DNA from: Candidatus Multivorans sp.
GTDB lineage: Bacteria; Acidobacteriota; Thermoanaerobaculia; Multivoradales; Multivoraceae
Length of the DNA stretch: 64,000 nucleotides
NCBI GenBank assembly: GCA_965224025.1
Contig: OZ245033.1
Location: 2,048,001-2,112,000, forward strand
Reading direction: 5' to 3'
Made by a program: the position numbers and the translations under genes. Position 1 is the stretch's first letter. Every line of letters begins with the position of its first letter. Positions 19,882-29,230 of this stretch are shown here, piece after piece. A model generated the notes under the pieces. That model made no database searches. It was not told where the DNA came from and saw only the letters and a program-made list of their open reading frames with translations.

Positions 19882-20874
19882 CTACTGCCGGGCGACCTCC
19901 TCGATCGCTTCCAGACCGCCTACTCGGCCGGCGTTGTCGAGGTACACCTGCCGCACCTCGTCCTCGAACAGGCTGCGCTCGACTTCGTTGAACTGCAGGC
20001 CCAGTTTCTGTAGCTCTTCGAGCGCCGCCGCGGTCATCGACGTCATCGCCTCCCGCTGGACCCGGGTCGAGGCATTTCCGGCTTCCACGACCGCCTCCTG
20101 GACCTCCGGCGGCAGCTCGTCGTAGAGCTTGCGGCTGAAGATCAGCGCCACGGCAAGGTAGAGGTGCCGTGTGTAGGACACGTACTTCGTGACCTCGTAG
20201 AAACGCTCTCCGTAGAGATCGACGTGGTCCGTCTCCGCGCCGTCGACGACTCCCTGTTCCAGCGCCGAGTAGAGCTCGCCGAACGACATCGGCGTCGCCT
20301 GCGCGCCGAGGGCGTTGAAGGTGTCGACCAGGATCGGGGTCGGGATGACCCGGATCTTCAGGCCCTCCAAGTCGCCTGGCGTGACCACAGGCCGCTCCGC
20401 GTTCCAGGCGTTGCGCCGGCCGGCGAACCAGTAGCCGAGGACGACGACGTCCAGTTCCTCCTCGATCCGGTCCGCGACGCGCTCCCCGATCGGACCGTCG
20501 AGCACCCGGTAGAAGTGATCGAGGTCCCGAAAGATGAACGGGAAGTTGAAGATCTCGGCCTCCGGCACGAAGGCCGAAATGCCGCCGCCGGCGCTGGCGG
20601 CCGAAGCGGCGAGCGCACCCAGCTTCACCATCAGGGTGGCCTCCTCCTCGGTGCCGAGCTGCTCGTTCTCGAAGATCTGCACCTGCACCGCGCCGTCGGT
20701 GCGGTCTTCCAGGACGCGCCGAAACTCCTCGAAGCCGGCCTGGAACGGGTGTCCGACGGGCCCGTTGTGGGCGACCTTGAGCACGGTGACGCCGTCGCCG
20801 CCGCGGCAGCCGCTGCCGAGCATGGCCAAAACGCAGGCGGCGAGGAGCGCCGCGATGCGGCGCGGATCACTCAT
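19882..20874 (-). CDS. dctP: TRAP transporter substrate-binding lipoprotein DctP
   Basis: Lipobox LGSGC, QLGTEEE, DLEGLKIRV, PMSFGELYSALEQGVVDGAE. Confidence 0.92.
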   Translation of the reverse strand: MSDPRRIAALLAACVLAMLGSGCRGGDGVTVLKVAHNGPVGHPFQAGFEEFRRVLEDRTDGAVQVQIFENEQLGTEEEATLMVKLGALAASAASAGGGISAFVPEAEIFNFPFIFRDLDHFYRVLDGPIGERVADRIEEELDVVVLGYWFAGRRNAWNAERPVVTPGDLEGLKIRVIPTPILVDTFNALGAQATPMSFGELYSALEQGVVDGAETDHVDLYGERFYEVTKYVSYTRHLYLAVALIFSRKLYDELPPEVQEAVVEAGNASTRVQREAMTSMTAAALEELQKLGLQFNEVERSLFEDEVRQVYLDNAGRVGGLEAIEEVARQ

Positions 20875-22147
20875 AGCCGAGCGCGTGCGGCAGCCACAGC
20901 GTGACGCCGGGCACGAAGGTGATCACCATCAGCATCACGAGAAGCAGCGCGAGGAAGGGCAGCAACTTGGGCGTGACCTTCTCGATCGGCGTCTTCGAGA
21001 TGCCGCAAGCCACATGCAGGCAGATGCCGACCGGCGGCGAGATCATCCCGATGCCGACGTTGGCCGCGACGAGGATGCCGAAGTGGATCGGGTCCATGCC
21101 CAGGGCGAGCGCCGCCGGCAGCAGGATCGGCATCAGGATGATGATCGGCGGCAGGGCGTCCATGACCATGCCGAGCACGAGAAAGATCAGGTGGACGAAG
21201 AGGATGAAGACGATCCAGTTCGGTGCGTGGGTCGAAATCGCTTCGGCCAGCAGATGCGGCAGCCGCTCGAACGTGAGAACGAAGGAGAACATGGACGCCG
21301 TCCAGAGCACGAACAGGACGATGCCGGAGAGCGAGACGGTCTGGAGCAGGACCTTCGGGATGTCCTCGAGCTTCAGCTCCCGGTAGACGAAGAACGACAC
21401 CAGGGCGCCGTAGACGACGGCGACCGCCGACGCTTCGGTGGGAGTGAAGACGCCGCCGTAGATGCCGCCGAGGATGATGACGATCATGAACAGCGGCAGG
21501 ATGCCGTTGCGGATCACGCGCAGCCGCTGCGGCCAGGACGCCTTCGCTTCGAGCGGCAGGTTGAGGTCCAGGGCCTTGATGTAGGTCAGGCCCATCAGCG
21601 CCAGGCCGAGCACGATCGCCGGCGTGATGCCGGCCGCGAACAGAGCGCCGATCGACATCCCCGAGACGACGCCGATGATGATCAGGTCGATCGCCGGCGG
21701 CACCAGGGTAGAGACGCCGCCGGCCGAGGCGAACACCGCGGTCGCGAAAGCCGGAGGATACTGCCGCTGCCGCATGGCCGGCAGGGCGACGGACCCGATG
21801 GCGGCGGTGTTCGCGCTCGGCGAACCGGAGATGCCGGAGAACAGCATCGTCGACAGGATGACCACCAGGCCGAGGCCGCCCGGAAGGCGGCCCACGAACT
21901 GCAGCGCCAGGTCGACGATCCGGCGCGCCATGCCGCCGTGCGAGATGAGCGATCCGGCGAGGACGAACAACGGCACCGCGAGGAGCGGAAAGGAATCCAG
22001 GCCGGCAAGGAACTTCTGCGGCATCACGATCAGGAATTCGGGCGAGCTGTAGAGCAGGCCGACCATGGCCGCCAGCGCCAGCGCGATGGCCACCGGCACG
22101 CCGAGCAGCAGCGCCGCCGCCAGGGTCAGGATGACCAGGAGTCCCAT
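20867..22147 (-). CDS. dctM: TRAP transporter large permease DctM
   Basis: SFPLLAVPLF, FSGISGS, GGVFTPTEAS, DPIHFGI, PPVG. Confidence 0.93.
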   Translation of the reverse strand: MGLLVILTLAAALLLGVPVAIALALAAMVGLLYSSPEFLIVMPQKFLAGLDSFPLLAVPLFVLAGSLISHGGMARRIVDLALQFVGRLPGGLGLVVILSTMLFSGISGSPSANTAAIGSVALPAMRQRQYPPAFATAVFASAGGVSTLVPPAIDLIIIGVVSGMSIGALFAAGITPAIVLGLALMGLTYIKALDLNLPLEAKASWPQRLRVIRNGILPLFMIVIILGGIYGGVFTPTEASAVAVVYGALVSFFVYRELKLEDIPKVLLQTVSLSGIVLFVLWTASMFSFVLTFERLPHLLAEAISTHAPNWIVFILFVHLIFLVLGMVMDALPPIIILMPILLPAALALGMDPIHFGILVAANVGIGMISPPVGICLHVACGISKTPIEKVTPKLLPFLALLLVMLMVITFVPGVTLWLPHALGYE

Positions 22148-22160
22148 CGTCCCCAGCCGC

Positions 22161-22646
22161 CTATTCCTCGGCCTGACCCCGCAACTCGCGGCGCCAGTTC
22201 ACGAGCACGTAGTAGAGAGTCAGCGTGCTGCCCACGAAAGCGGAGGAGTACGGGACCGCCATCGACATCCTGGTCGCCGGCGCCAGCATGTCGTGGACCT
22301 CGATGGTGAAACGCAGCGACTGGTAGGCGAAGACGGCAAGGAAGGCTGCCGAGCTGAGCGCGACCACGGAGCCGATCCGGCGCTGCACCCCGGGCGGCGT
22401 CCGGTCGACGACGAACCGCAGCGCGAAGTGGGCGCCCGTCTTCATCGCATAGGCGGTGGAGAGGGCGGCCAGCCACATGAGAAGGAACCGCGCCAGCTCC
22501 TCCGACCAGGACAGGGAGGCCTCCAGCACGTACCGGAAGACGACCTGGGAAAAGGTCACCGCGACCAAGGCGACCAGGATCGTGCACACCGCCGCCTCGA
22601 GCGGATGGCGGACGAGGCTCCGGAGGATGGCGGCGGTGCGCTTCAA
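22161..22646 (-). CDS. dctQ: TRAP transporter small permease DctQ
   Basis: QVVFRYV..SLSWSEELARFLLMW and 4 TM helices. TTG start overlaps the SDR stop (TTGA). Confidence 0.88.
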   Translation of the reverse strand: MKRTAAILRSLVRHPLEAAVCTILVALVAVTFSQVVFRYVLEASLSWSEELARFLLMWLAALSTAYAMKTGAHFALRFVVDRTPPGVQRRIGSVVALSSAAFLAVFAYQSLRFTIEVHDMLAPATRMSMAVPYSSAFVGSTLTLYYVLVNWRRELRGQAEE

Positions 22647-23405
22647 TGCATGTACTGTCCGCCGTTGGCGTAGAACGTGGCGCCGGTGGTGAACTCGGCG
22701 CCGATCATGCAGTCGACCATCCGTGTGATGTCCTCGAACTCCCCCAACCGGCCCATCGGCAGAGTGGCGAGTTCCTTCGCCAGGCCCTCCTCGGTCTCCA
22801 GGTCGTAGCGGTCGATCACCTCCCGCGTCCTGACCGATCCGGGAACCAGGCAGTTGACCCGGATTCTCGGGGAAAGTTCCTGCGCCAGACACTTGGTCAG
22901 CGCGATTACCCCGCCCTTGGCGCTACAGAAGTTGGCTCCGTTCTTGCGCCCGATCTGGCCGCAGGCGGCGCCCAGGTTGACGATCGCCCCGGGCCGGTCC
23001 GGGTTGTGGAAGACGTACTCCTGGCAGCAGACGAAATGGCCGCGCAGGTGCGCGGAGACGACCGAGTCCCACATGTCGTCGGTCATCTCGACGAAGGGGG
23101 CGTCGCGATTGATGCCGGCGAAGTTGATCAGGATGTCGACCCTTCCGAACCGGTCGATCACGGCGTCGAACATGGCCCGCACCTGCTCCCGGTTGGCGAC
23201 GTCGGCCTGGCACTTCACTAGCCGGTCGGCGTCGTCGACCTTGGCCGCGATGCGGTCGAAGGTCGCCTCCGCTTCGGGCTCGATCAAGTAGTTCATCGCG
23301 ATAGTTCATCGCGACACGGTAGCCCTGGAGGGCGAAGTGCTCCGACACCTCGGCTCCGAGACCGCTCGACGCGCCCGTGACCACCATCACTCTGTCTTCG
23401 CTCAT
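22643..23405 (-). pseudogene. SDR-family oxidoreductase, frameshifted by a 13-bp tandem duplication
   Basis: The N-terminus (VVTGASSGLG) and the remainder (GRVDILINFAG, IRVNCLVPG) are in different frames. TAGTTCATCGCGA is duplicated at 23289-23314. Confidence 0.85.
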
Positions 23406-23424
23406 CAACTCTCCTCCTGACAAA

Positions 23425-24495
23425 TCACTCCTCGTGCCCGCCCCAGATGTCGCCGACCGTGAAGCCGTTGGGAAACGGATCCTCCGGGTCGACGACGTAC
23501 TGGGCGAAGCCGGTAATCCATGCCGTCCCCGCCAGCGTCGGGACGGCGGCCGCGTAGTCGCCGACCCGCGTCTCGCGCACCATCCGGCCGGTGAACGTGG
23601 TGCCGAGGACGCCCTCGTGGACGAACTCCTGGCCGAGCGGCAGCTCGCCTTTTGCCCACATGGCGCCCATCTTGGCGCAGGTGCCGGTGCCGCAGGGGGA
23701 GCGGTCGAGGGCGCCGGTCCAGGTCAGCGGCTTGTCCCAGTCGAGTTTCCCGGTCGAGACGATCACCGTGTTGCGCCGGTGCGAGCCGGGCACGAGCGGG
23801 GGTGCCGAGAGCTGGCCGATCGTGACGCCGCGGATCTCCGGGTTCAGAGGATGCACCGGTGGCGGAAGCTGCTCCTGGCAGGCTGCCTTGATCATCTCGC
23901 CGACGCGGGCGGCTTCGGCGGCTTCTTCCGGCGCCAGGGTGAGGCCGACCTGGTCGGCGTCGGCGATGACGTAGAACATGCCGCCGTAGGTGACGTCAGC
24001 GGTGACCTTGCCGAGTTCGGGCACATCGAGGACGGCGTCCAGGTGGACGGCGAAGGCCGGCACGTTCTCGAACTCGACCCGCTTCACCTTAGCCCGCTCG
24101 ACGTCGGCGCGCACCCGGATCAGGCCGGCGGGCGACTCCAGGGTGAGTTCGGTGACGGGCTCCGTGTGCGGCACCATCCCGGTCTCGATCAGCACGGTGA
24201 CGACCGCGATCGTGTTCGTGCCCGACATGCCGGGGTACTCGGTTTGCTCCATGATCACGTACCCGGCCACCGCGTCGGGATGGGTGGGCGGCAGGATCAG
24301 GTTGCAGTTCGCGGCCGGGTAGCCGCGGGGCTCGCGCAGCATCCGCAGCCTGAGCTCGTCCGCTTCGGTCTCGAGGTAGCGCATCTTCTCGAACATCGTC
24401 GCCCCGGGGACGTCGAGGACGCCGCCGACGATCACCCGGCCGGGCTCGCCGCCGACGTGGGTGTCGACGGCGTGGATTACCTGGGAGACATGCAT
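23425..24495 (-). CDS. Proline racemase family protein (Ser/Cys pair, hydroxyproline-epimerase-like)
   Basis: DTHVGGEPGR, EPRG, YPGMSGTN (Ser at the first catalytic site), DRSPCGTG. Confidence 0.9.
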   Translation of the reverse strand: MHVSQVIHAVDTHVGGEPGRVIVGGVLDVPGATMFEKMRYLETEADELRLRMLREPRGYPAANCNLILPPTHPDAVAGYVIMEQTEYPGMSGTNTIAVVTVLIETGMVPHTEPVTELTLESPAGLIRVRADVERAKVKRVEFENVPAFAVHLDAVLDVPELGKVTADVTYGGMFYVIADADQVGLTLAPEEAAEAARVGEMIKAACQEQLPPPVHPLNPEIRGVTIGQLSAPPLVPGSHRRNTVIVSTGKLDWDKPLTWTGALDRSPCGTGTCAKMGAMWAKGELPLGQEFVHEGVLGTTFTGRMVRETRVGDYAAAVPTLAGTAWITGFAQYVVDPEDPFPNGFTVGDIWGGHEE

Positions 24496-24558
24496 GCGGA
24501 TTCAGCCTGCGGCAGCGCGAAACCATCTAAGGTGAAGTGCGTTGGAGACGCGCATTCT

Positions 24559-25614
24559 TCAGGAACTCCCGGCCGCTCGCAGCACGGTCATCTTCATCCA
24601 GCCCGCCGTATTGTGGAAGTCGGCGACTACGCTCCCGGGCGGCACCAACGCGTCACAGGCGGCCCGCTGCTCACGGGAGAGGGTCATGTCGAGCACCGGC
24701 AGAAGGTCCTCCAGGTGCCTGAGCGTGCGCGGCCCGATCAGCGGCGCGGTGATGCCGGGCTGATCCTTGGTCCAGAGGATCGCGAACTGGGCTGGAGTGA
24801 GGCCGGAGTCGGCCGCGATTCGGGCGAACTTGCGGCCGACGTCGATACCGGCTCGCGTAACGCGGTCGGCGTAGAAGCCGCCGCGCAGCGCGGCGCGCGA
24901 GCCCTCGGGATAGTCGGAGTCGCTGAGATAGCGGCCTGCGAGCACGCCCATCGCCATCGGCGCCCAGGTGATGACGCCGAGGCCGAGCCGCTGGCACATG
25001 GGAATCAGCTCGTTCTCGATCCGGCGGTCCAGCAGGTTGTAGGGCGGCTGCTCACTGGCGAAGCGGGCGTAGCCCTTCAGCTTGCTCGTCATCACGGCCT
25101 CGGCGACCATCCAGGCCGGGTGAGTCGAGCAGCCGATGTAACGGATCTTGCCGGCCCGGACCAGGTCGTCCAGTGCCCTCAGGGTCTCGTCGAACGGCAG
25201 CTCGGGCGAAGGGCGGTGCAGTTGATAGAGGTCGATGTAGTCGGTCCGCAGCCTCCGGAGCGAGCCTTCGCAGGCGCGGATCAGGTTGAGCCGCGAGTGA
25301 CCGTACTCGTTGGGGCCGATGCTGCCGGTGTAGTCCACAACGGTTTTGCCGATGACCCTGCGCCCGTGGTCGACTTTGGTTGCGATCAGCAGCTCGTGGC
25401 GCCGGCCGTTTGCCTTGAGTGCCCGGCCGATGATCCGCTCGCCCTCGCCCTCGGCGTAGACCTCGCCGGTGTCGATCAGGTTGATACCGGCGTCCATCGC
25501 CGTCTCCAGCATGCGAACGCACTCCGGCGCCGGCGTCGGATCGGCGAAGTTGTCGCTGCCAAAGCAGAGCGGCGCGACCTTGACGCCGGTGCGTCCCAGG
25601 ATGCGGTACTCCAT
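24559..25614 (-). CDS. Aldo/keto reductase (paralog of 2774-3820)
   Basis: YRILGRTG, LRRLRTDYIDLYQLH, GKIRYIGCS, QPPYNLLDR. Confidence 0.92.
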   Translation of the reverse strand: MEYRILGRTGVKVAPLCFGSDNFADPTPAPECVRMLETAMDAGINLIDTGEVYAEGEGERIIGRALKANGRRHELLIATKVDHGRRVIGKTVVDYTGSIGPNEYGHSRLNLIRACEGSLRRLRTDYIDLYQLHRPSPELPFDETLRALDDLVRAGKIRYIGCSTHPAWMVAEAVMTSKLKGYARFASEQPPYNLLDRRIENELIPMCQRLGLGVITWAPMAMGVLAGRYLSDSDYPEGSRAALRGGFYADRVTRAGIDVGRKFARIAADSGLTPAQFAILWTKDQPGITAPLIGPRTLRHLEDLLPVLDMTLSREQRAACDALVPPGSVVADFHNTAGWMKMTVLRAAGSS

Positions 25615-25643
25615 GCTGTTCCTTGTCCCCGATCTCGCTGGCG

Positions 25644-27260
25644 CTACTTGTGCCAGCGCCGTCCGTTGTTCAGGCCGTCCGCGCGCGGGAACGGCCCGTC
25701 GCGCATCGCGGCATGGTAGGCGAAGCTGGCCAGGATCACCGACGCCTGCTGCAGGTCCTCCGCGATCAAGCGATCGTAGACGTCCATGTTCGTGTGGAAC
25801 GTCGCGTTGAAGAACTCTAGGTCGTCCTGGATGAACTGGAAGCCCTGCAGATCCGCTTCGAGGAAGGCCATGTGGTCGGTGCAGCAGGTGTTGCCGGGCA
25901 CGATCCAGGACATTCCGACGTCGTGGAACGGTTCCATCCAGGCTTCGAAGATCGGTCGCGCCCTGTCGTTCCCCTGCAGGTAGATGCCTCGGAAGCGGCC
26001 GTACCAGTCGACATTGAAGTACACGGACAGGTTCGCGTGCGCCGCCGGCTTCTCCGGCGATGCCGGGTCGCCGAAGTGCTCGCGCACGTAGCCGCGCGAA
26101 CCCAACAGCCCGCTCTCCTCCGCGCCCCAGAGCGCCGCTCGAATCGAGCGTCGGGGCTTGAGGTCGAGGGCTCGCAGGAGCCGCATCGCCTCGATCACGA
26201 TCGCGCTGCCGGCCGCGTTGTCGGTGGCGCCGGTGCCGCCCGGCTCGGCGTCGAGGTGACCGCCGATCATGACCACTTCGTGAGCCAGGTCGCCGCCGGC
26301 GAGGTCCGCGATCACGTTGTAGTCGACGGGATCGTCGGCGCTCAGGATGTTGCGAACCTCGACCTCCATCGCGACCGGCGTTCCGTTGGCGATGAGGCGC
26401 ATCATCCGGTTGTAGTGCTCGGCCGCAACGACGACCCTGGGCATCGGGATCGGTTCGTCGAGGGGCAGCGGGCCGTCCCCGGAGACGTGGACGATCCCCT
26501 TGTCCATCGGGCCTACGTTGGCGGAACCGATCTCGACGAGGACAGCGACGCCTTGCTGTTCCAGGAACGTCTCGATGGCGTGGCGCGTCAGTTCGGGTTC
26601 AGTCTCGTCGTCGTCGTCCGCCGACTGGGAGGGGTTGTTCCGTGGGTCGATCTCGAGGCGGGCCATGCCGCTGAGCTCCTCGTCCGAGAGCCGGACCGCC
26701 TGCGGCGAGAAGTTGGGAACCAGCTCCCGCCCGGGCGAGATGAGCAGGATCGACGTCTCGACCCGTTCTCCCAGAGCGTTCAGGTCGTCCCGCGTCCGGA
26801 TGGCCGTGAGATCGACCGCGGCGACCGGCCCGGCGACGCTGCCGTTGGTGCCCCGGGTGCCGGGCTGGGCGTAGCCGATGACCGGCTGGTACTGCGGCGC
26901 GGTGATGTGGACGGACGTGTAGCGGTTCTCCCAAGCATAGCCGAACTCGCCCCAGGGTTCGAGCGCCGCTTCGAGGCCGAAGCCCTCCAGGGTCTCCCGG
27001 GCCCAGCGGGAGGCGCCGTCGTAGGAAGGCGAGTTCGCATACCTGGGTCCGTAGAGGTCCGTCAGGACGTGGGCGAACTCCATGACCCGGGAGCGGTGGA
27101 AACCCTCGTCGCGGAGGCTGGCGAGGACGTCCGCATCGACCGTCTCCGCCGGGGCGGTGGAACCGGCGGCACCTTCCTCGCCGGCCGGGCCGCCGCACGC
27201 GACCACCATCAGGGCGAGCGCGACGAATGCCGGAATCCGGCTGACACCGCGTGCGATCAC
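25644..27260 (-). CDS. M28 family metallopeptidase lipoprotein (carboxypeptidase Q-like)
   Basis: Lipobox VVAC, LTDLYGPR, GGHLD, GATDNAAG, AEESGLLGS, TDH, HTNMD. Confidence 0.9.
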   Translation of the reverse strand: MIARGVSRIPAFVALALMVVACGGPAGEEGAAGSTAPAETVDADVLASLRDEGFHRSRVMEFAHVLTDLYGPRYANSPSYDGASRWARETLEGFGLEAALEPWGEFGYAWENRYTSVHITAPQYQPVIGYAQPGTRGTNGSVAGPVAAVDLTAIRTRDDLNALGERVETSILLISPGRELVPNFSPQAVRLSDEELSGMARLEIDPRNNPSQSADDDDETEPELTRHAIETFLEQQGVAVLVEIGSANVGPMDKGIVHVSGDGPLPLDEPIPMPRVVVAAEHYNRMMRLIANGTPVAMEVEVRNILSADDPVDYNVIADLAGGDLAHEVVMIGGHLDAEPGGTGATDNAAGSAIVIEAMRLLRALDLKPRRSIRAALWGAEESGLLGSRGYVREHFGDPASPEKPAAHANLSVYFNVDWYGRFRGIYLQGNDRARPIFEAWMEPFHDVGMSWIVPGNTCCTDHMAFLEADLQGFQFIQDDLEFFNATFHTNMDVYDRLIAEDLQQASVILASFAYHAAMRDGPFPRADGLNNGRRWHK

Positions 27261-27330
27261 AGGGTTTTCGTTGCACCTCCGCGGTTGCTGAACCGTCCGG
27301 CACTATACAGCCGCCGACTACACTGCCGCC

Positions 27331-28782
27331 GTGTCGGCGATCGGCGTAGCCGTCCTCGTGTTCATCGCCGTGACCCTGGTCGTCGGCGTCCGGACCTACG
27401 CCAGGATCCGCGGCCGGGCGACGAACTACTACGTCGCCGGTAACGCGATGCCGGTCGGCGTCGTCGGCATCACGCTGTGCGCCCAGGCGTTCGACGCGAA
27501 CGGCTCGGTGGGCAACGCGTCGCTGGTCCACTCGAACGGCTTCTGGGCCGGCGCGGTCATCCCGATCGGCCTGGCGCTCTGCCTGGTCATCGCCGGCACC
27601 TGGTTCGCGGAACCGCTGCACCGGATGCGGCTGATGACGTTGGCCGACTTCTACCGGCGGCGGTACAGCGTCAGGACCGAGACGCTCGCCGCGGGCCTGA
27701 TGCTCGTGAGCAACATCGTGCTGGTCGCGGGCAACCTGGCGGGGCTCGGCCTCCTGCTGCGGGTCGTGTTCGGACTGCCCTACCTGCCCATGCTGGTCGC
27801 CATCGCCGCATGCATCCTCGCCTACGCGGTCTCGGGCGGCCTCCACGCGACGATCGCCACCAGCGTCCTCCAGGTGTCGATCTTCATCGTCAGCATCGTC
27901 GTCGCGGTGGCCTGGCTGGCCGGCGCGCACGGCTGGGGCGTTCTCCTCGCCGCGGCGCCCGAGGGCAGCATGAGTCTGGACGGCCTGCTGTCGCGCGAGC
28001 ACGGAGCCCTCGTCAACTGGGCGGCCCTCGGGTCGCTGGCGCTCGGCGACATCGTGGCGATCGACTTCATTCAGCGGATGATCTCCGCCGATTCGGGTCG
28101 CTCGGCGAAGCGCGGTTGCTATCTCGCCGCGGGGCTGACTCTCGTGGTCGGACTCGCCGTGTCCCTGATCGGGCTGGCCGCCTTCCATTTCGACCGGGAA
28201 CCTGGCTCCTCGCTGCTGATCGATCTGGCTCTCAACGATCTGCCGTTGTTGGTCGGCGGTGCGATCCTGCTCGGGATCATCGCCGCCAGCATGTCGACCG
28301 CTAGCGGCGTCGTGCTCGACCTCGCGAACGTGATCACCCGCAACCTGGTTCAGCGGCACAGCCGGTCGACCTGGGACGACGAGCGGATGCTGCGTTTCTC
28401 CCGCTGGATCGCCCTGCCGACGATGGCGGGCGCCGTCGCCTTCGCCTACGTCCGGCCCGAACCCGGCATCCTGCTCATCCTCGCCTTCGACATCGTCCTC
28501 GCCGGTTGCTTCGTGCCCCTCCTACTCGGCCTGTTCTGGCGCAGGGCGAACACGCCGGGAGCGCTTGCCGGCGTGATCGCCGGCAGCCTCGCGCGCCTCG
28601 TGCTTCACTTCGCGGTTGCGGATGCCTACCGCGGTCTCGACACCTTGCTGGCGCCGGTGTTCAGCCTGGTCGCGATGGTCGTCGTGTCGTTGCTGACGCA
28701 AGCCCGTCATCGGCCCCGGCACGACGAGTTGAAGCGGGTTCCTTCCGAGCGTGATCTGGTGGCAGGGTTGGACGGTGGCTAG
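27331..28782 (+). CDS. Sodium:solute symporter family protein
   Basis: NYYVAG, TLADFYRRRYS, YAVSGGL, QRMISA, AASMSTASG, GLFWRRAN; about 13 TM segments. Confidence 0.9.
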   Translation: MSAIGVAVLVFIAVTLVVGVRTYARIRGRATNYYVAGNAMPVGVVGITLCAQAFDANGSVGNASLVHSNGFWAGAVIPIGLALCLVIAGTWFAEPLHRMRLMTLADFYRRRYSVRTETLAAGLMLVSNIVLVAGNLAGLGLLLRVVFGLPYLPMLVAIAACILAYAVSGGLHATIATSVLQVSIFIVSIVVAVAWLAGAHGWGVLLAAAPEGSMSLDGLLSREHGALVNWAALGSLALGDIVAIDFIQRMISADSGRSAKRGCYLAAGLTLVVGLAVSLIGLAAFHFDREPGSSLLIDLALNDLPLLVGGAILLGIIAASMSTASGVVLDLANVITRNLVQRHSRSTWDDERMLRFSRWIALPTMAGAVAFAYVRPEPGILLILAFDIVLAGCFVPLLLGLFWRRANTPGALAGVIAGSLARLVLHFAVADAYRGLDTLLAPVFSLVAMVVVSLLTQARHRPRHDELKRVPSERDLVAGLDGG

Positions 28783-29059
28783 CAGCAACGTCGACGGTCA
28801 GGTTAGAGATCTCACTCGCCTGCTCCGGCGTGAACTCGAAGCCGAGGGCCTGGAGGTCAAGGAGGCCATGGAGAACGGCGAACATGTGCTCGTCGTCGGC
28901 GAAATGCTGCTGTTCCCCAGGCGGCTGCTTGAAGGCCAGGTGGCCGAAGTCGGTGACCCCACCGCCGTCGACCTCGACTGGCTCGCCTCCGCCAACCGCA
29001 CCTACTTCCGCAACCTGCGCCGGTTCCATCCGAGTCTGGTGGTGCGATCGGACCCCTGA
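28775..29059 (+). CDS. Small hypothetical protein (~94 aa)
   Basis: GTG start overlaps the SSS stop and codon usage is host-like. No recognisable motif. Confidence 0.6.
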   Translation: MASSNVDGQVRDLTRLLRRELEAEGLEVKEAMENGEHVLVVGEMLLFPRRLLEGQVAEVGDPTAVDLDWLASANRTYFRNLRRFHPSLVVRSDP

Positions 29060-29082
29060 CGCTCTGTTCCCTGACCGACTCG

Positions 29083-29169
29083 GGCTCGCCGCTTCGCGGC
29101 ATCGCCCGGATGCGGACCAGAGGGTCCGCGCACCCAGAGAACGGGCGTCGGTGTGGCACAGTTCTCTAC
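29083..29169. repeat. ~87-bp REP-like three-hairpin unit, copy 2
   Basis: Closely similar to 14038-14125. Confidence 0.8.
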
Positions 29170-29230
29170 TGCACACGAAGGCACCCACTGCCAGCGAGTG
29201 CAGCCCGGAAGGCTCGTGCAGCGCCGTCCA

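Noticed and set aside
22647-22892. Extended N-terminus of DctQ in the ORF track
   Set aside because: It overlaps the SDR coding region; TTG 22646 coupled to the SDR stop is more plausible.
23289-23314. Programmed ribosomal frameshift in the SDR
   Set aside because: There is no slippery heptamer, and the exact tandem duplication explains the shift.
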